This document shows positions 53,413 through 63,855 of a stretch of 64,000 nucleotides of DNA, piece after piece; positions within the stretch are counted from its first letter, which is position 1, and every line of letters begins with the position of its first letter. A model generated the notes under the pieces. It searched no databases, was not told where the DNA came from, and saw only the letters and a list, made by a program, of their open reading frames with translations. The position numbers and the translations under genes were made by a program. The stretch covers positions 1 through 64,000 of IMG/VR virus record IMGVR_UViG_3300033121_001941; one strand, written 5' to 3'. The DNA comes from a virus. Taxonomy: Duplodnaviria; Caudoviricetes.

Positions 53413-54933
53413 CTATCTTAAATCGCTTATACGAAATACAGGTGAAGCATCACGGTACACAAAGCGATTTGAACCAATCAACACCAAAATATCAATTACG
53501 TATGATCTGTTTTTAGTTAAATTTGACATGTCAAGATTAAACTGCATTCCCTTTGCATCACTTGACAACCTCGTAGAATTATACGTTGTGTCAAACGGAA
53601 TCTCAATTAATCCAGTTGTATTATTCCGTACTTGATAATGAACGTCGCGTATAACAATCCCAGGCAATTCAGCAGGAATTCTATTTGCAATAATTGTTGG
53701 TGAAGATGCATCAAAAATATGAACGCCTACATGAACACTATCATCACTAAAATGACTTTCCTGTAAACCGTTGCAAGAAATTATATACTTCTTACTTCCT
53801 AGCGATAAAGAGCCACGTTCGGGTGGGAAAACACGTAGTTTGCTACCAGTATGATAGGCGACTGTTCCGTCGAGAGAACCCCAAATAGGTGTCATCAATA
53901 TTGAACTTGATTGAACTAATTTTGAAACAAATGTTGAATTTGTTGATTCTAACAAAACTGATGCAGAATATGCACCTGTAACAAAATTTATACCGTTCTT
54001 ATGTTGCGATCCGGTAAATGTCAAAGTATACGTGCCACCAGAAATTTCTGTCATCAACTTTAAAAGTAAACTATTGGAACCCGTTATTTGAGTAAGTAAA
54101 GAACCGCTTTTGAGATTGGTTAATTGATGATGAACGTAATTGAATAAAAATATATTTGATGTTGAATCTAAATAAAGAGATCTAGAATCATCCAATATAG
54201 AGTCATCGTATTTCACAATTAATTTGGGGCGTTTATCTTCATTATATGCCGTTCGTGAAGCAAATCTTTTTACAAAATACGATCTTTGGTTTATTTCAAG
54301 ATCGTCGTTTAACGCTATTCTAAAACCTTCATCTGGTAGGAGACCTGCGATCGTAGCTGAAACAAGTGATGTAACATTTACTTCAAGATCTTCTTCGCCT
54401 GTCGTAAATAATTGAGTTTTTCTTAAACTTGCTCCACCTAAAATTGTCGTTGAAGCGGTAACATAATCAACCAACCCAGGTAATCCTCCACTTAATGCGC
54501 ATCCTGACATAAGCCACGCGCCTTGTGCTCGCGAACCACTTAAAAAGTTACACACATCAGTATCTGCGTAATACACTACGTCTTTTCCAAGACCTTCTTC
54601 AAATGATCTAGAAAGAGCGTGAACTGTTACTGTAAAATTAGATGGCGTCGGTTGTCCCCCATATACATCGAACAGTTTTAACGTGCAATTAAAGCTAGTA
54701 CTGTTCATGTCAACTTTACCAGCTGTGACAAGACTTCGCAACGGATCTAGGTCATAGTGAATTAACAGACGTGAAAGTTCTGTGTTTATTGTACTACCTG
54801 ACATTGTAGATCCGTATAACTTAAAAAGATCTAACGTTCCTGCATAACCAACATTAGAATCAACGACTCTATGAGATTTAATTACTCTATTCGTAATATA
54901 TGCATCTCGATCAGATTTAAGAACTTTATACAT
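53413..54933 (-). CDS. virion structural protein (DNRLRE-like N-terminal domain)
   Basis: D.DAYI, SRLLI.YDL, L.L.D, SRS..EG.G, RFASR...N..KRPKLIVKYDD. Confidence 0.75.
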   Translation of the reverse strand: MYKVLKSDRDAYITNRVIKSHRVVDSNVGYAGTLDLFKLYGSTMSGSTINTELSRLLIHYDLDPLRSLVTAGKVDMNSTSFNCTLKLFDVYGGQPTPSNFTVTVHALSRSFEEGLGKDVVYYADTDVCNFLSGSRAQGAWLMSGCALSGGLPGLVDYVTASTTILGGASLRKTQLFTTGEEDLEVNVTSLVSATIAGLLPDEGFRIALNDDLEINQRSYFVKRFASRTAYNEDKRPKLIVKYDDSILDDSRSLYLDSTSNIFLFNYVHHQLTNLKSGSLLTQITGSNSLLLKLMTEISGGTYTLTFTGSQHKNGINFVTGAYSASVLLESTNSTFVSKLVQSSSILMTPIWGSLDGTVAYHTGSKLRVFPPERGSLSLGSKKYIISCNGLQESHFSDDSVHVGVHIFDASSPTIIANRIPAELPGIVIRDVHYQVRNNTTGLIEIPFDTTYNSTRLSSDAKGMQFNLDMSNLTKNRSYVIDILVLIGSNRFVYRDASPVFRISDLR

Positions 54934-56777
54934 TAGCTTGATGCCCTTCCAATTAAATCAAATTCAGGATATCTAATCTCAAATATTGATCCCGGCGGTG
55001 GGAAAATGATACCTTGTCTTGTGTTTGAGCTAACGTCAAATGACTCTTGACCATAATCTCTATTGTTCACTGTACCTATGACGTTATTAAATACGACTTT
55101 GTTAATGGATATAACTCCCGGCACAGTAAAAATGGTGTTTACCACGTCTGACGTCACAATAGGTTGATCTATGTGAAAATTCTTAATGTCAAACAACGTT
55201 CTTAATTTGACTAAAACGTTTTGTAATACGACGCTTTTGTTTAATGCGGGATCTATTAAAACATCAAACGTAAACGTTAAATTTATCACCCTTGCATCTA
55301 ATACGTCAATAGCGTCTGATATCATTCTATATGGATTTAGATATGTCCGAATATTTTGTTTAAGCGTATCAGGTGAAACTATTAATTTTGAATCTGGATC
55401 ACGAGAAATGATAAATAATTGTGTTGCTAAGGGATTGTTCGGATTTGATCGTATCGCTGCTCGAAAAGCTCTTCCAAAATTTGAAGGCAATGTATAAACG
55501 CGTGACAACAAATCAGGTCTAGTTACAATTCTTTCTTGAGAGTTTCTTATTGACGGAATCAAGGTTTTTAACTCATCGATCGTCGGAGCATCTTCACCAC
55601 CAGCAGCTTCTATCAGATTATTGACTTCTGTGCTTCCCCTAATGTTAGCAGCAACAGCTGACGGTGGATTACCAGGAAAAAACATTTTTAGTGTTTTTAT
55701 TGTTCTAATATTATTCTTTGGAACATTATGATTTAATCCTCCACCATATCTGTAATTGATTCGTAATGACGTATCTACTGCGGCGACGCCTAATGTTTTT
55801 GTTTGAAGTAATTTTTGTGGATTAACAGGAATTCTTGAAAACGTACGAGAATATGGAAATGCAATTGCAAAATCTGAAGGATCTGGAATTATGTCGTCTT
55901 CTAGCGTTGAAGCGTTTCCTCCTCCGAAAGTTAACGTTGTTTTTCTAGATGTTAGATCTGTTTCAGAAATAAATCTATACGGCGCTGGAATAACTTTCAT
56001 TGCGTCTTTGACCAATGAATTATCTTTTGCTGTATTTAATACGTTCTTATACACGACGTCATGACTAAGAGAACCCACTTCATAATATGTGTTTCCATAA
56101 TCATCAACTACAGAAGTAATTTCTGATACATTTGAATTTGAAATTGTCACTCTTCTGAATGGAACAAAATCAGAACTAATCACAACGGTCTCAGAAGACT
56201 CTTTTCCTGAAATACATAAACCATGATGCGCCATGATAAATGTAGCTGGAACGTTATCATTGGTTTTTTCACCCACTTTTACTTGTGCAAAACGAGTACC
56301 ATCTGATTTCTTTTTGTTAAAATCAATGTCTTCAAGTAAAACAAATTCAATCCCATCGTCCGACTCTAAAACAGAACCAGCTTGAATCACTGGTATGCAT
56401 GAATTTGACGGTTCTATCGTATTTGAAACATTTTCTGCTGGAACTTGTACATAAAATGTTGCAGGTACAAGTGCAGGCGCTGCCCCCGAAATAGGCACTC
56501 CTGCAGTTTTAAGAGCTTTTTCAATATTTGGAATTTCAACTGCTGTGTCAGCATTTAGTTCAGAATATTGATGATCTAAATAAAATGAAAGCGTATCACC
56601 AGCATAAGCAGCAAAATCAAGAAGCAATCCTCCTAACGAAGATTCAGAAAAATCTTTAATCTTGTCAGGATAATACAGTCGAGCGTATTCAAGTAATTCT
56701 GCACGCAAACCATCAAAATCTTTTCCAAGATATCTTCTTTGACGTACCTCTTTTAAGTCTTCGCGTTTAAGTGCCAA
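54933..56777 (-). CDS. gp6: baseplate wedge protein, T4 gp6-like
   Basis: YL.KDF..LR..L..YA..YYP...DFSESS.G..L.D..AY.GD.LSFYLD; AAGG.D.PT..E; R.VT..D. Confidence 0.9.
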   Translation of the reverse strand: MALKREDLKEVRQRRYLGKDFDGLRAELLEYARLYYPDKIKDFSESSLGGLLLDFAAYAGDTLSFYLDHQYSELNADTAVEIPNIEKALKTAGVPISGAAPALVPATFYVQVPAENVSNTIEPSNSCIPVIQAGSVLESDDGIEFVLLEDIDFNKKKSDGTRFAQVKVGEKTNDNVPATFIMAHHGLCISGKESSETVVISSDFVPFRRVTISNSNVSEITSVVDDYGNTYYEVGSLSHDVVYKNVLNTAKDNSLVKDAMKVIPAPYRFISETDLTSRKTTLTFGGGNASTLEDDIIPDPSDFAIAFPYSRTFSRIPVNPQKLLQTKTLGVAAVDTSLRINYRYGGGLNHNVPKNNIRTIKTLKMFFPGNPPSAVAANIRGSTEVNNLIEAAGGEDAPTIDELKTLIPSIRNSQERIVTRPDLLSRVYTLPSNFGRAFRAAIRSNPNNPLATQLFIISRDPDSKLIVSPDTLKQNIRTYLNPYRMISDAIDVLDARVINLTFTFDVLIDPALNKSVVLQNVLVKLRTLFDIKNFHIDQPIVTSDVVNTIFTVPGVISINKVVFNNVIGTVNNRDYGQESFDVSSNTRQGIIFPPPGSIFEIRYPEFDLIGRASS

Positions 56778-56821
56778 TTTAGTGCTCCGTTCATTGTATA
56801 GTAAGTATTACTTCTACATAG

Positions 56822-57289
56822 TTAAATAACATATAAGGACAACTGTAATGCGCGTGAACTAGATTGCAATGTTGGTATTACGTATGTAATCGATAGTCGT
56901 ATTATACCTGTGTTTTTATTTTCAGTGCGGTCAATTTCTGAAATGAAATCTTGAAGACTTACATACGGCATCCATTTTGTAACTGCATCACGTATTCGTT
57001 CAATAGCGCTTGCGTCAAAATCATCGAGTGTTGAAAACTCAGTAGTTAATGGTCTTAAATTAGCACCGAAATTATACAATCCTAAACGTTCACCCCAGTT
57101 TGTCAATAACAAATTCCTTAAATTATCATGAACTTGCTCTAATAAAGAATAATGCATTTTGAACAATCCGTCAGCTCCACCTTCACGAAGAGGTGTCATT
57201 ATTCCAATGGGCAAGGGTGATTTTACAAGAGATTCTATAACCTGTTGTTCTTGAGTTTTACCTGAACTTTTAAAGTTAAACGCTCCCAT
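56822..57289 (-). CDS. gp25: baseplate wedge protein, T4 gp25-like
   Basis: QV.DNL.NLLLT..GER....FG.NL, I..AV..WMPYV. Confidence 0.92.
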   Translation of the reverse strand: MGAFNFKSSGKTQEQQVIESLVKSPLPIGIMTPLREGGADGLFKMHYSLLEQVHDNLRNLLLTNWGERLGLYNFGANLRPLTTEFSTLDDFDASAIERIRDAVTKWMPYVSLQDFISEIDRTENKNTGIIRLSITYVIPTLQSSSRALQLSLYVI

Positions 57290-58960
57290 TTATGCCTTTT
57301 CTTGATACCCAAAACCCGGTCCGTCTGTTGATGCGTTATTTAAGACAGATCCATTTGAAATTCTCATATCAGTACCTATTTGATCAGAACAAAATTTTTC
57401 GCTATCAATTATTGCTAAAACATGACGACCTGCTAATACAATATCACCTGCGTCATCTACGTACATAGATACGTCGTCAGAATTCTTAGGAACAGTTTTA
57501 GAATTGATGTATACTTTTCTATCTATTTTCGTTGGTTTGTCACCATTATCACTATCTTTTTGACCACCTTCAATTGTTTCTAACGATAAAGATCCTTGCG
57601 TATAATCTTTTGCCAAAATTAAAATATGATCACTGTTCGCTTCACCTCTTGCAGTTGTGATAATCATATCACCTGCCTTTAAAGCAGGAAGATCATTGTT
57701 TGTTGTTTCTAATTTTGCATTCTTTGCTAATGCTATTTCAAAAATACTCGAAATAATATTCCCGATATATGCTTTATCTTTAAAGAAATCATGGTACAAG
57801 ACTACGTTTGGGTCTTGTTTACTTGTATCAACTTTCGAATCATAAACATAACCAGCACCCCCCGCGAATAAACACGCCCGTGCGAGAAGACCATTAGATG
57901 AAGTTTCGCTCAACAAATCAAATGTTTTACTTTTACCCAATGCCCTAGAATCAGCTTGAGGCCCTGTGTCTGGTTCGGGATATTCAACATATAACAAATG
58001 TTGTGCATAAAACTCTTTATCGTCATCATTTCCACCAAATGATTTTCCAACTAAACCTTCGGCATATGCAACAATATCACTTCTTGGTGAACTTTCACCT
58101 TCTTTACTATTATCTTCTGGCGGTGTGTATCCTAAAAACCCACCAACACCTCCTACGATACCTCCCGGTGATGATCCTATCATAGATCCCAGGGCGGCGA
58201 TAAAAATCATTTCAACAACTTTAGTTGTTAGAACTTTAACTGTTGCAATTTGTGTGACGCTACTAGGCGACATTGAACCAAATAAATTTGCTTTAAAAGC
58301 TATGTTACATAGTTCCTTAAATACGTCAGGAAGTGAACCAAGTTTAAGAACGATACTTGGTATTTTAAGTACAATTTCACCAAACAATTTTGGAATTCCA
58401 GTTGCAAAAGATAACGACATGTCAAATAGCGTACTAAAATCTGTCATCTTGATGTTTGGAGGAACATCAAATCCTGGGATTGCCGGTGGTACTGATGGGA
58501 TTCCGGGAAATTTTGCGACCATTTTGGGAGGTGGCATTACTTTCATCTTTAATGCTAATAGCGGAGGATTAGGAATTGCAAATGGAATAAACCCACCCGG
58601 AAAATTTTTGATCTTGATGTCTGCACCTAATTTGACGCCAAGTGAGATTGGACAACATATTGGCAAAAGCTTAAAATCAGATTTTAGATTAAGTCCGACA
58701 GCAATTTTTTCATACATTCCCAATGTGTTCTTATGAAAATCAGGAAACTTTTGTTCATTTTCAAGATCTAATAAGTTCGCAAATGGCATTGCGGGTATTG
58801 GATCACCACACGGAAACAAAGGAGGTGTAGGAAGGTTCACAGTACCAAACGTGAGTTCATCTTTTATAGCCTGAATAAACTTCTGTTTAGCTTTAATAGT
58901 TAACTTACCTTCTTCATCAATTATTCCTGCATCAACCTGACACCCTGGACCTTTGGACAT
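57290..58960 (-). CDS. baseplate-associated protein with Pro-rich N-half and CHAP/NlpC-like C-half
   Basis: IV..A...VG.SFG, TSSNGL.ARAC, GD.I, DHILI, TIEGGQ. Confidence 0.55.
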   Translation of the reverse strand: MSKGPGCQVDAGIIDEEGKLTIKAKQKFIQAIKDELTFGTVNLPTPPLFPCGDPIPAMPFANLLDLENEQKFPDFHKNTLGMYEKIAVGLNLKSDFKLLPICCPISLGVKLGADIKIKNFPGGFIPFAIPNPPLLALKMKVMPPPKMVAKFPGIPSVPPAIPGFDVPPNIKMTDFSTLFDMSLSFATGIPKLFGEIVLKIPSIVLKLGSLPDVFKELCNIAFKANLFGSMSPSSVTQIATVKVLTTKVVEMIFIAALGSMIGSSPGGIVGGVGGFLGYTPPEDNSKEGESSPRSDIVAYAEGLVGKSFGGNDDDKEFYAQHLLYVEYPEPDTGPQADSRALGKSKTFDLLSETSSNGLLARACLFAGGAGYVYDSKVDTSKQDPNVVLYHDFFKDKAYIGNIISSIFEIALAKNAKLETTNNDLPALKAGDMIITTARGEANSDHILILAKDYTQGSLSLETIEGGQKDSDNGDKPTKIDRKVYINSKTVPKNSDDVSMYVDDAGDIVLAGRHVLAIIDSEKFCSDQIGTDMRISNGSVLNNASTDGPGFGYQEKA

Positions 58961-58961
58961 G

Positions 58962-59408
58962 TTACTTAATCATTTCTAACAAAGAATTTAAAACATTATC
59001 ATACACTTCATTTTGTTTTTTATCAAAATTTTTCAAAAATTCTTTTGCACGTTCAAGAATTGTTATATCACGAGAATTTCCCATTGATGCAAAAAGTTTC
59101 TTTGCTTGTTCAAAAGTAACAAGTCTAACTTCTTCAGTTTCAAAATCATGTTCACCCATAGGCCCAGACTGAACCATTAAATAATAGTGAGTAATACTAT
59201 AACTTCCGACACCTGTTCCTAAATTTCCACCGTCAACAAACTCAGCTGGAACTCCTGATTCTTCGAGAACTTCACGTTGTGCTGTTGTTTGAAGTGAATC
59301 TTTCCCATCTACACGACCCTTTGGAAAACACCAAGGGCCATAATCGTTTGAAGGTTTTTCTAATTTTTCTAAAACAACGCCGCCGGCTGAGATCCATTTT
59401 TCAGACAT
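58962..59408 (-). CDS. NUDIX hydrolase
   Basis: SAGGVV, W.FPKG.VD......TA.REV.EESG Nudix box. Confidence 0.88.
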   Translation of the reverse strand: MSEKWISAGGVVLEKLEKPSNDYGPWCFPKGRVDGKDSLQTTAQREVLEESGVPAEFVDGGNLGTGVGSYSITHYYLMVQSGPMGEHDFETEEVRLVTFEQAKKLFASMGNSRDITILERAKEFLKNFDKKQNEVYDNVLNSLLEMIK

Positions 59409-59419
59409 AATTTAAGTAT

Positions 59420-60967
59420 TCATTTTACAAGGATTTTTGACGCAAATTTAGCTTGACCTGGTGCTAATGCGGGACCATTTTTATCAGAACCTTCAAGTTT
59501 AGAACCTGCAAACAGTCCACCCATCGTTGTTGTTAAAGGAGCTCCCGTAACTATTCCATCAACACCTGTTGCAGGTAAATCACTACATACTAATCCTTTA
59601 TCAGCATCATCGCCACCAAGTTTGATATACCCTTTTTTTGCTGGTCGCAATACAATATCACCATTTGCCTTTATGACAAGAACTGCAAAATCATCTTCAT
59701 TTGTTGATGAAACCAAATTTCCATTTACATCACGTTCAACATTACTTGTTACTAATAACTCAATATCAGTTCTTGATATCAGACGAATTTTATCTGACTT
59801 GATTACAACTGCTCCATCACCTTTTTCAGAATCTTTTACGTTTTTCTTAGTTTGATCTGAACTGACACCTTGAATTGGGCCAGTGCTTAATTTTGCGTTA
59901 AACGTATCAATTCCAAAATTTTTATCAACTTTTGTTCGTTGTGAAATTAAAATTCTACTGCGGTCATTGATAAGATCTGGGTCTCCTTCGTTTTTAACAA
60001 GTTCTTTTGCAGATTTACCCAGTTCTTTATGATTAAGTTTATGACCTGAAATTGATTTAACGTCAACTTTTTTGCCACTTGTTTTTTCAGTTTGGCCTCG
60101 CCCAACGACTAAATCTATCATTGCTGTTCCGGGATCCTGATCATCTTTCTCTGGAAATCCTAATGCTACTTTCATCCCAGACGCATCAATTTCATATTGT
60201 GCGACTTCACCATTTCTATCTGTTCCCAAAACGATAAGCGAATTATTTGAGCCTTCCAGAGCAGTATCACCTGGTCGTTTTCTATAACGAGGAACAGCTT
60301 CTTTTATTACTGTTTTTCCACCATCTGTATCAGAACTTAATTTTTCATATGTATTTTCAGCGCCAGGTATTAGTGCAGTTTCTGCAATTGTATATCTTTG
60401 ACCGTCACGTTCGTCGGCTCTACCATTTCTGAGTTCATAAACGGGTTCAGTAGATCCCTCAAACTGATCCTTTATTCCTGGCGTGAAACTAGGATCGAGA
60501 CTTCTTGGAGCATGAGTATGATTTACATCATCAACAAAACCAGGCTCAACAATTCTGCACATCCAATAACCAAGATCATTGCTTGTACCCGCTTGATTTT
60601 CAAACATCACCCACACGTGTTCACCAGGTTTACACGGCAATGATATAGATGGAGGCAACAACGGAAATAAAAATAGTGATGTAGAAACTGCGGCGACGCC
60701 AGGAGATGATATTCTGCGTCCTATAATCGTATTTCTTGGCAGCACTTTAGCAAAATGCATATTCGCAACTCTTAATGAATGTTGAAAATATGATAATTTA
60801 TTATTGTCAATAATCGCTGGATCAAAGATTGTTTCTAACACTACGTAACGATATAATAGAGGAAGATCGTTTTTTGACGCATGTTCGTAAGAAGCTCGTG
60901 TTCTTTGTACGTCTAATGCATTTCCTTCTGCAAAGTGTTTAGTAAGTTTAAAATTTTGATCACTCAT
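59420..60967 (-). CDS. baseplate hub/spike protein, gp5-like
   Basis: P..PGEHVWV.F..GYW..R OB-fold; PGD.ALEG.N.S.IVLG; V.IKSD.IR.I.R. Confidence 0.7.
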   Translation of the reverse strand: MSDQNFKLTKHFAEGNALDVQRTRASYEHASKNDLPLLYRYVVLETIFDPAIIDNNKLSYFQHSLRVANMHFAKVLPRNTIIGRRISSPGVAAVSTSLFLFPLLPPSISLPCKPGEHVWVMFENQAGTSNDLGYWMCRIVEPGFVDDVNHTHAPRSLDPSFTPGIKDQFEGSTEPVYELRNGRADERDGQRYTIAETALIPGAENTYEKLSSDTDGGKTVIKEAVPRYRKRPGDTALEGSNNSLIVLGTDRNGEVAQYEIDASGMKVALGFPEKDDQDPGTAMIDLVVGRGQTEKTSGKKVDVKSISGHKLNHKELGKSAKELVKNEGDPDLINDRSRILISQRTKVDKNFGIDTFNAKLSTGPIQGVSSDQTKKNVKDSEKGDGAVVIKSDKIRLISRTDIELLVTSNVERDVNGNLVSSTNEDDFAVLVIKANGDIVLRPAKKGYIKLGGDDADKGLVCSDLPATGVDGIVTGAPLTTTMGGLFAGSKLEGSDKNGPALAPGQAKFASKILVK

Positions 60968-60971
60968 TTGT

Positions 60972-60997
60972 TAATTATATATAAGCTGCAATAATTA
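60972..60997. promoter_or_regulatory. divergent pair of candidate late promoters ATAATTA
   Basis: - strand 60972-60978 before gp5-like gene; + strand 60991-60997 before 61004 ORF. Confidence 0.5.
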
Positions 60998-61003
60998 CTT
61001 TCA

Positions 61004-62011
61004 ATGACTTCATCTTTAAATCTTTTACGTGAATATCTCAAACTGATTTTGATCTCTGAAGGCAAGGTCGAAGACCTTGCCAAACAGAATCCCAATGTTC
61101 CTGTCTTGGATCTCGCTTTTTCAGATTCAACTTCCACAAAGAAACTTCTTCCATGGATGGTGAAGCAAGTGTCAAAAGGTGCTGACGTGGAACACGTCAG
61201 ATCTGTTGCTTCACGTTTTGCAAAAGACGGTTCACGTCTTCAGAATAAAGACATAAACTCTTACATTGAAATTGATGAACTTGAAACAGCACTTGATGCA
61301 CTTGGTGCATCAAAGCGTTCTGAAAAAATTCAGGCAAAGTCAGGTGCAGTTAAAATTTATGAAGACGACGCAAGCGTCGTCTTAAGAATCGACACAAAAG
61401 AAGCTGCTCAACAATACGGAAAAGGCACCAAATGGTGCATTACAATGGAAAAAGAGCAATATTACGAAGAATATGTTTCTGAAAATGTGCTGTTTTATTA
61501 CATTTTGAGAAAAGAACTTCAGAGAAACAATCTTGACAAAATTGCTATAGCCGTAATAAGAGACGATAATAATATCATTAATCAAATTCAAGTTTTTGAT
61601 CAAACTGATGAAAAAATGACACCCAAAAAAGCTGGTGTGAGTATAAAATTGCTCAACGCGATTAAATCTGATGCCAAGTCTCAACCAAAAACAAATTTAA
61701 ACAAATTACAATCTGAAAAACATGATGAAGAATTTGTTAAAAATTGGACAACACTAACACTTTATAAAGAAAAAATTTATGCTTTGGCATCTAGCGAAAA
61801 AACAAAATCTATTTTAAATAGATTATTAACAATTGAAACGGACAAACGTATTATAGAGATAATATCTGATATTATCAATGAAAAAGCTATAATCATACCA
61901 GGTATGATTATGTGGTTGGACGATAAAAATAAAAAACACAGAGAAAATGGACCCGCTCTTATTTTTGACGATGGATCTCGTCAATATTGGATTCACGGAA
62001 AAAAACAGTAA
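61004..62011 (+). CDS. jumbo-phage protein with KWCI domain and C-terminal HR..GPA repeat
   Basis: IYED.......T.EAA..YG.GTKWCI; leader ending LILISE; ATAATTA upstream. Confidence 0.75.
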   Translation: MTSSLNLLREYLKLILISEGKVEDLAKQNPNVPVLDLAFSDSTSTKKLLPWMVKQVSKGADVEHVRSVASRFAKDGSRLQNKDINSYIEIDELETALDALGASKRSEKIQAKSGAVKIYEDDASVVLRIDTKEAAQQYGKGTKWCITMEKEQYYEEYVSENVLFYYILRKELQRNNLDKIAIAVIRDDNNIINQIQVFDQTDEKMTPKKAGVSIKLLNAIKSDAKSQPKTNLNKLQSEKHDEEFVKNWTTLTLYKEKIYALASSEKTKSILNRLLTIETDKRIIEIISDIINEKAIIIPGMIMWLDDKNKKHRENGPALIFDDGSRQYWIHGKKQ

Positions 62012-62013
62012 TA

Positions 62014-62370
62014 TTAAGACTTTCCTCTAATTTTTTCAAACATTTCGTCAGGATTAATTTCATCATCATCTGTTTGTGCCTTAGCAACAAGTTCCGCAAG
62101 CTTGATTAATTGATCATTTGCTCGACTCATTTTTTCAATATACGTCGCCATTGTTTTTCCGTGTACAGCGTGCTCAACTGATTTTTCTGCAGAAATACGT
62201 TTCAAAATAGAAAACATTTCATATGAATTTTGTCTATCAAGAATGGCATTCTGATAAATTTCGCGCCATAATTGTTTTTTCTTGTCATCAAGCGATTCAA
62301 TGCTATCAAGTAATTTACTAAAGTCTTTTAAACGCGTATCTAGTTCAGGTGATTGTTCAATTAAAGTCAT
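62014..62370 (-). CDS. conserved helical phage protein
   Basis: 118 aa; LW.EIY.NA..DR, HG......Y.E.M..AN.QLIKL. Confidence 0.75.
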   Translation of the reverse strand: MTLIEQSPELDTRLKDFSKLLDSIESLDDKKKQLWREIYQNAILDRQNSYEMFSILKRISAEKSVEHAVHGKTMATYIEKMSRANDQLIKLAELVAKAQTDDDEINPDEMFEKIRGKS

Positions 62371-63125
62371 ATTTGTTGTTCTTTTTTAATACGTTTATTC
62401 AATTCTCTTAATAAGGCTTTTTCTCTCATTAATTGCTTAGATTGTTCAGATCTTTTGCTGCCAAAGTTTGGACTACACACACCTCGTTTATTAAACATAC
62501 CGTTGTTAGAACCTCTGCGATTCAATGATACTTTTAATCTTGTTGAAAGTTTAACGAATTTGTGTTTATGTATAGAACGTTCAAAAAGTAATTTTTTAAT
62601 TTCACTCTCTGCATCGTCACTCAATTTGCAATCAATATAAGTTCGTCCTGTTAAAATCCTGCTTATTGTACTTTGCGTAACATTAAATTGTTCACTCAAT
62701 TCTGTTTGTGTTAAACCAGAAAGAAAACGTTCTTTAACATTAAAAACCTGTTCTTGCGTTAATTTAGCATGACAATGTTTATCGCCTCGATTGTTTTTTA
62801 ATGTTTCAAAAGTTTTGATATGATCAACTGAACCATCGCCACCTTTTGTCATATTATAACCATTTTCGGTTACAAAAGTTCCATGTTCTTTGATTAAATC
62901 AATTTCAGCTTTTTTAGCTTCAGCTTTTGAAAAGTATTCACCGAGTGTTTCACTCAACCAATTATCAATGTTATATTTTCTTAGTGCACGATGAAATGCA
63001 TAACATGATCCAGACTTAGCCTGGCTCAAGTGGGTCTTAAATCGTTTTTCTAATGTGAGCGAAGTCCAACCAATGTACGCTTTTCCGTTAATTTTGTTGG
63101 TGTGTTTGTAAACAAAAAATGTCAT
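62367..63125 (-). mobile_element. GIY-YIG homing endonuclease with HTH/NUMOD modules
   Basis: FVYKHTN.INGK.YIG, F.RA.RKY, GYN.T.GG.G, HTH, HS...K. Confidence 0.9.
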
Positions 63126-63126
63126 A

Positions 63127-63855
63127 TTACCCTTGCAATTTTATCTTTTTGTAATGCTTTTTTATCGTTTGCATTGTAGTGGTAAGTTGTTTGGGACTCA
63201 ACCTCGAAAGCTCACGCATATAAAATAAAGTTGCACCTTTATTAAGTAAATCAATTTCATCTATATTTTGAAATATAGTGATTATTGAATCAATACATGC
63301 AATTTCATTGTCTGTTTTTACCCTTGCTTTAATTTCTGCCAAAATATTCATCATATCTTCTGCTCTATTTTCATGTGACATCATGTCATCCTGGGAAGGA
63401 ACGACATTATGATTTTCAATAAATTTTTGTTCATGCATTGACAATGAATCAGGATCATCTAAACTAACATTTCGTTTAATACGCTGAGATCTTTGTTTAG
63501 ATTTAATACTTAACCAGTTTTTTGCAACAACGTTAAAATATGAAAATGCATTCGTTCCACGACTTTCATCAAATTTTCCAATCGTTTCAAACAACGCATT
63601 TACACCATCATTTTTTAAATCGTCATATGAATCATGTAAACTTGTAAACTTGTAAATATTTATCAGGTTTTCAACAAGTTTTTCAAAGGCAGGTAAAATT
63701 CTCGTAACATATAACCCGTCTTTTATTTTTTTTTCTGTCGCTTTTTGATATTCAACAATAGCTGCCTGCGTATCACTATTAAAATACAACCTCGTAGTTT
63801 TTACGCCTGTTTTAGGTTGTTCTCTTTTAATAGATTTCTTTTTTTGATCTGTCAT
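63127..63855 (-). CDS. gp55: late-transcription sigma factor, T4 gp55-like
   Basis: YF..DT..AI..Y, F.KL.EN.I, Y.DL..D....L.....KFD...G.NAFSYF...AKN. Confidence 0.85.
   Translation of the reverse strand: MTDQKKKSIKREQPKTGVKTTRLYFNSDTQAAIVEYQKATEKKIKDGLYVTRILPAFEKLVENLINIYKFTSLHDSYDDLKNDGVNALFETIGKFDESRGTNAFSYFNVVAKNWLSIKSKQRSQRIKRNVSLDDPDSLSMHEQKFIENHNVVPSQDDMMSHENRAEDMMNILAEIKARVKTDNEIACIDSIITIFQNIDEIDLLNKGATLFYMRELSRLSPKQLTTTMQTIKKHYKKIKLQG

Noticed and set aside
62367-63125. Group I intron around the GIY-YIG genes
   Set aside because: Flanking genes are complete, are translationally coupled or overlap, and leave no room for intron core elements.
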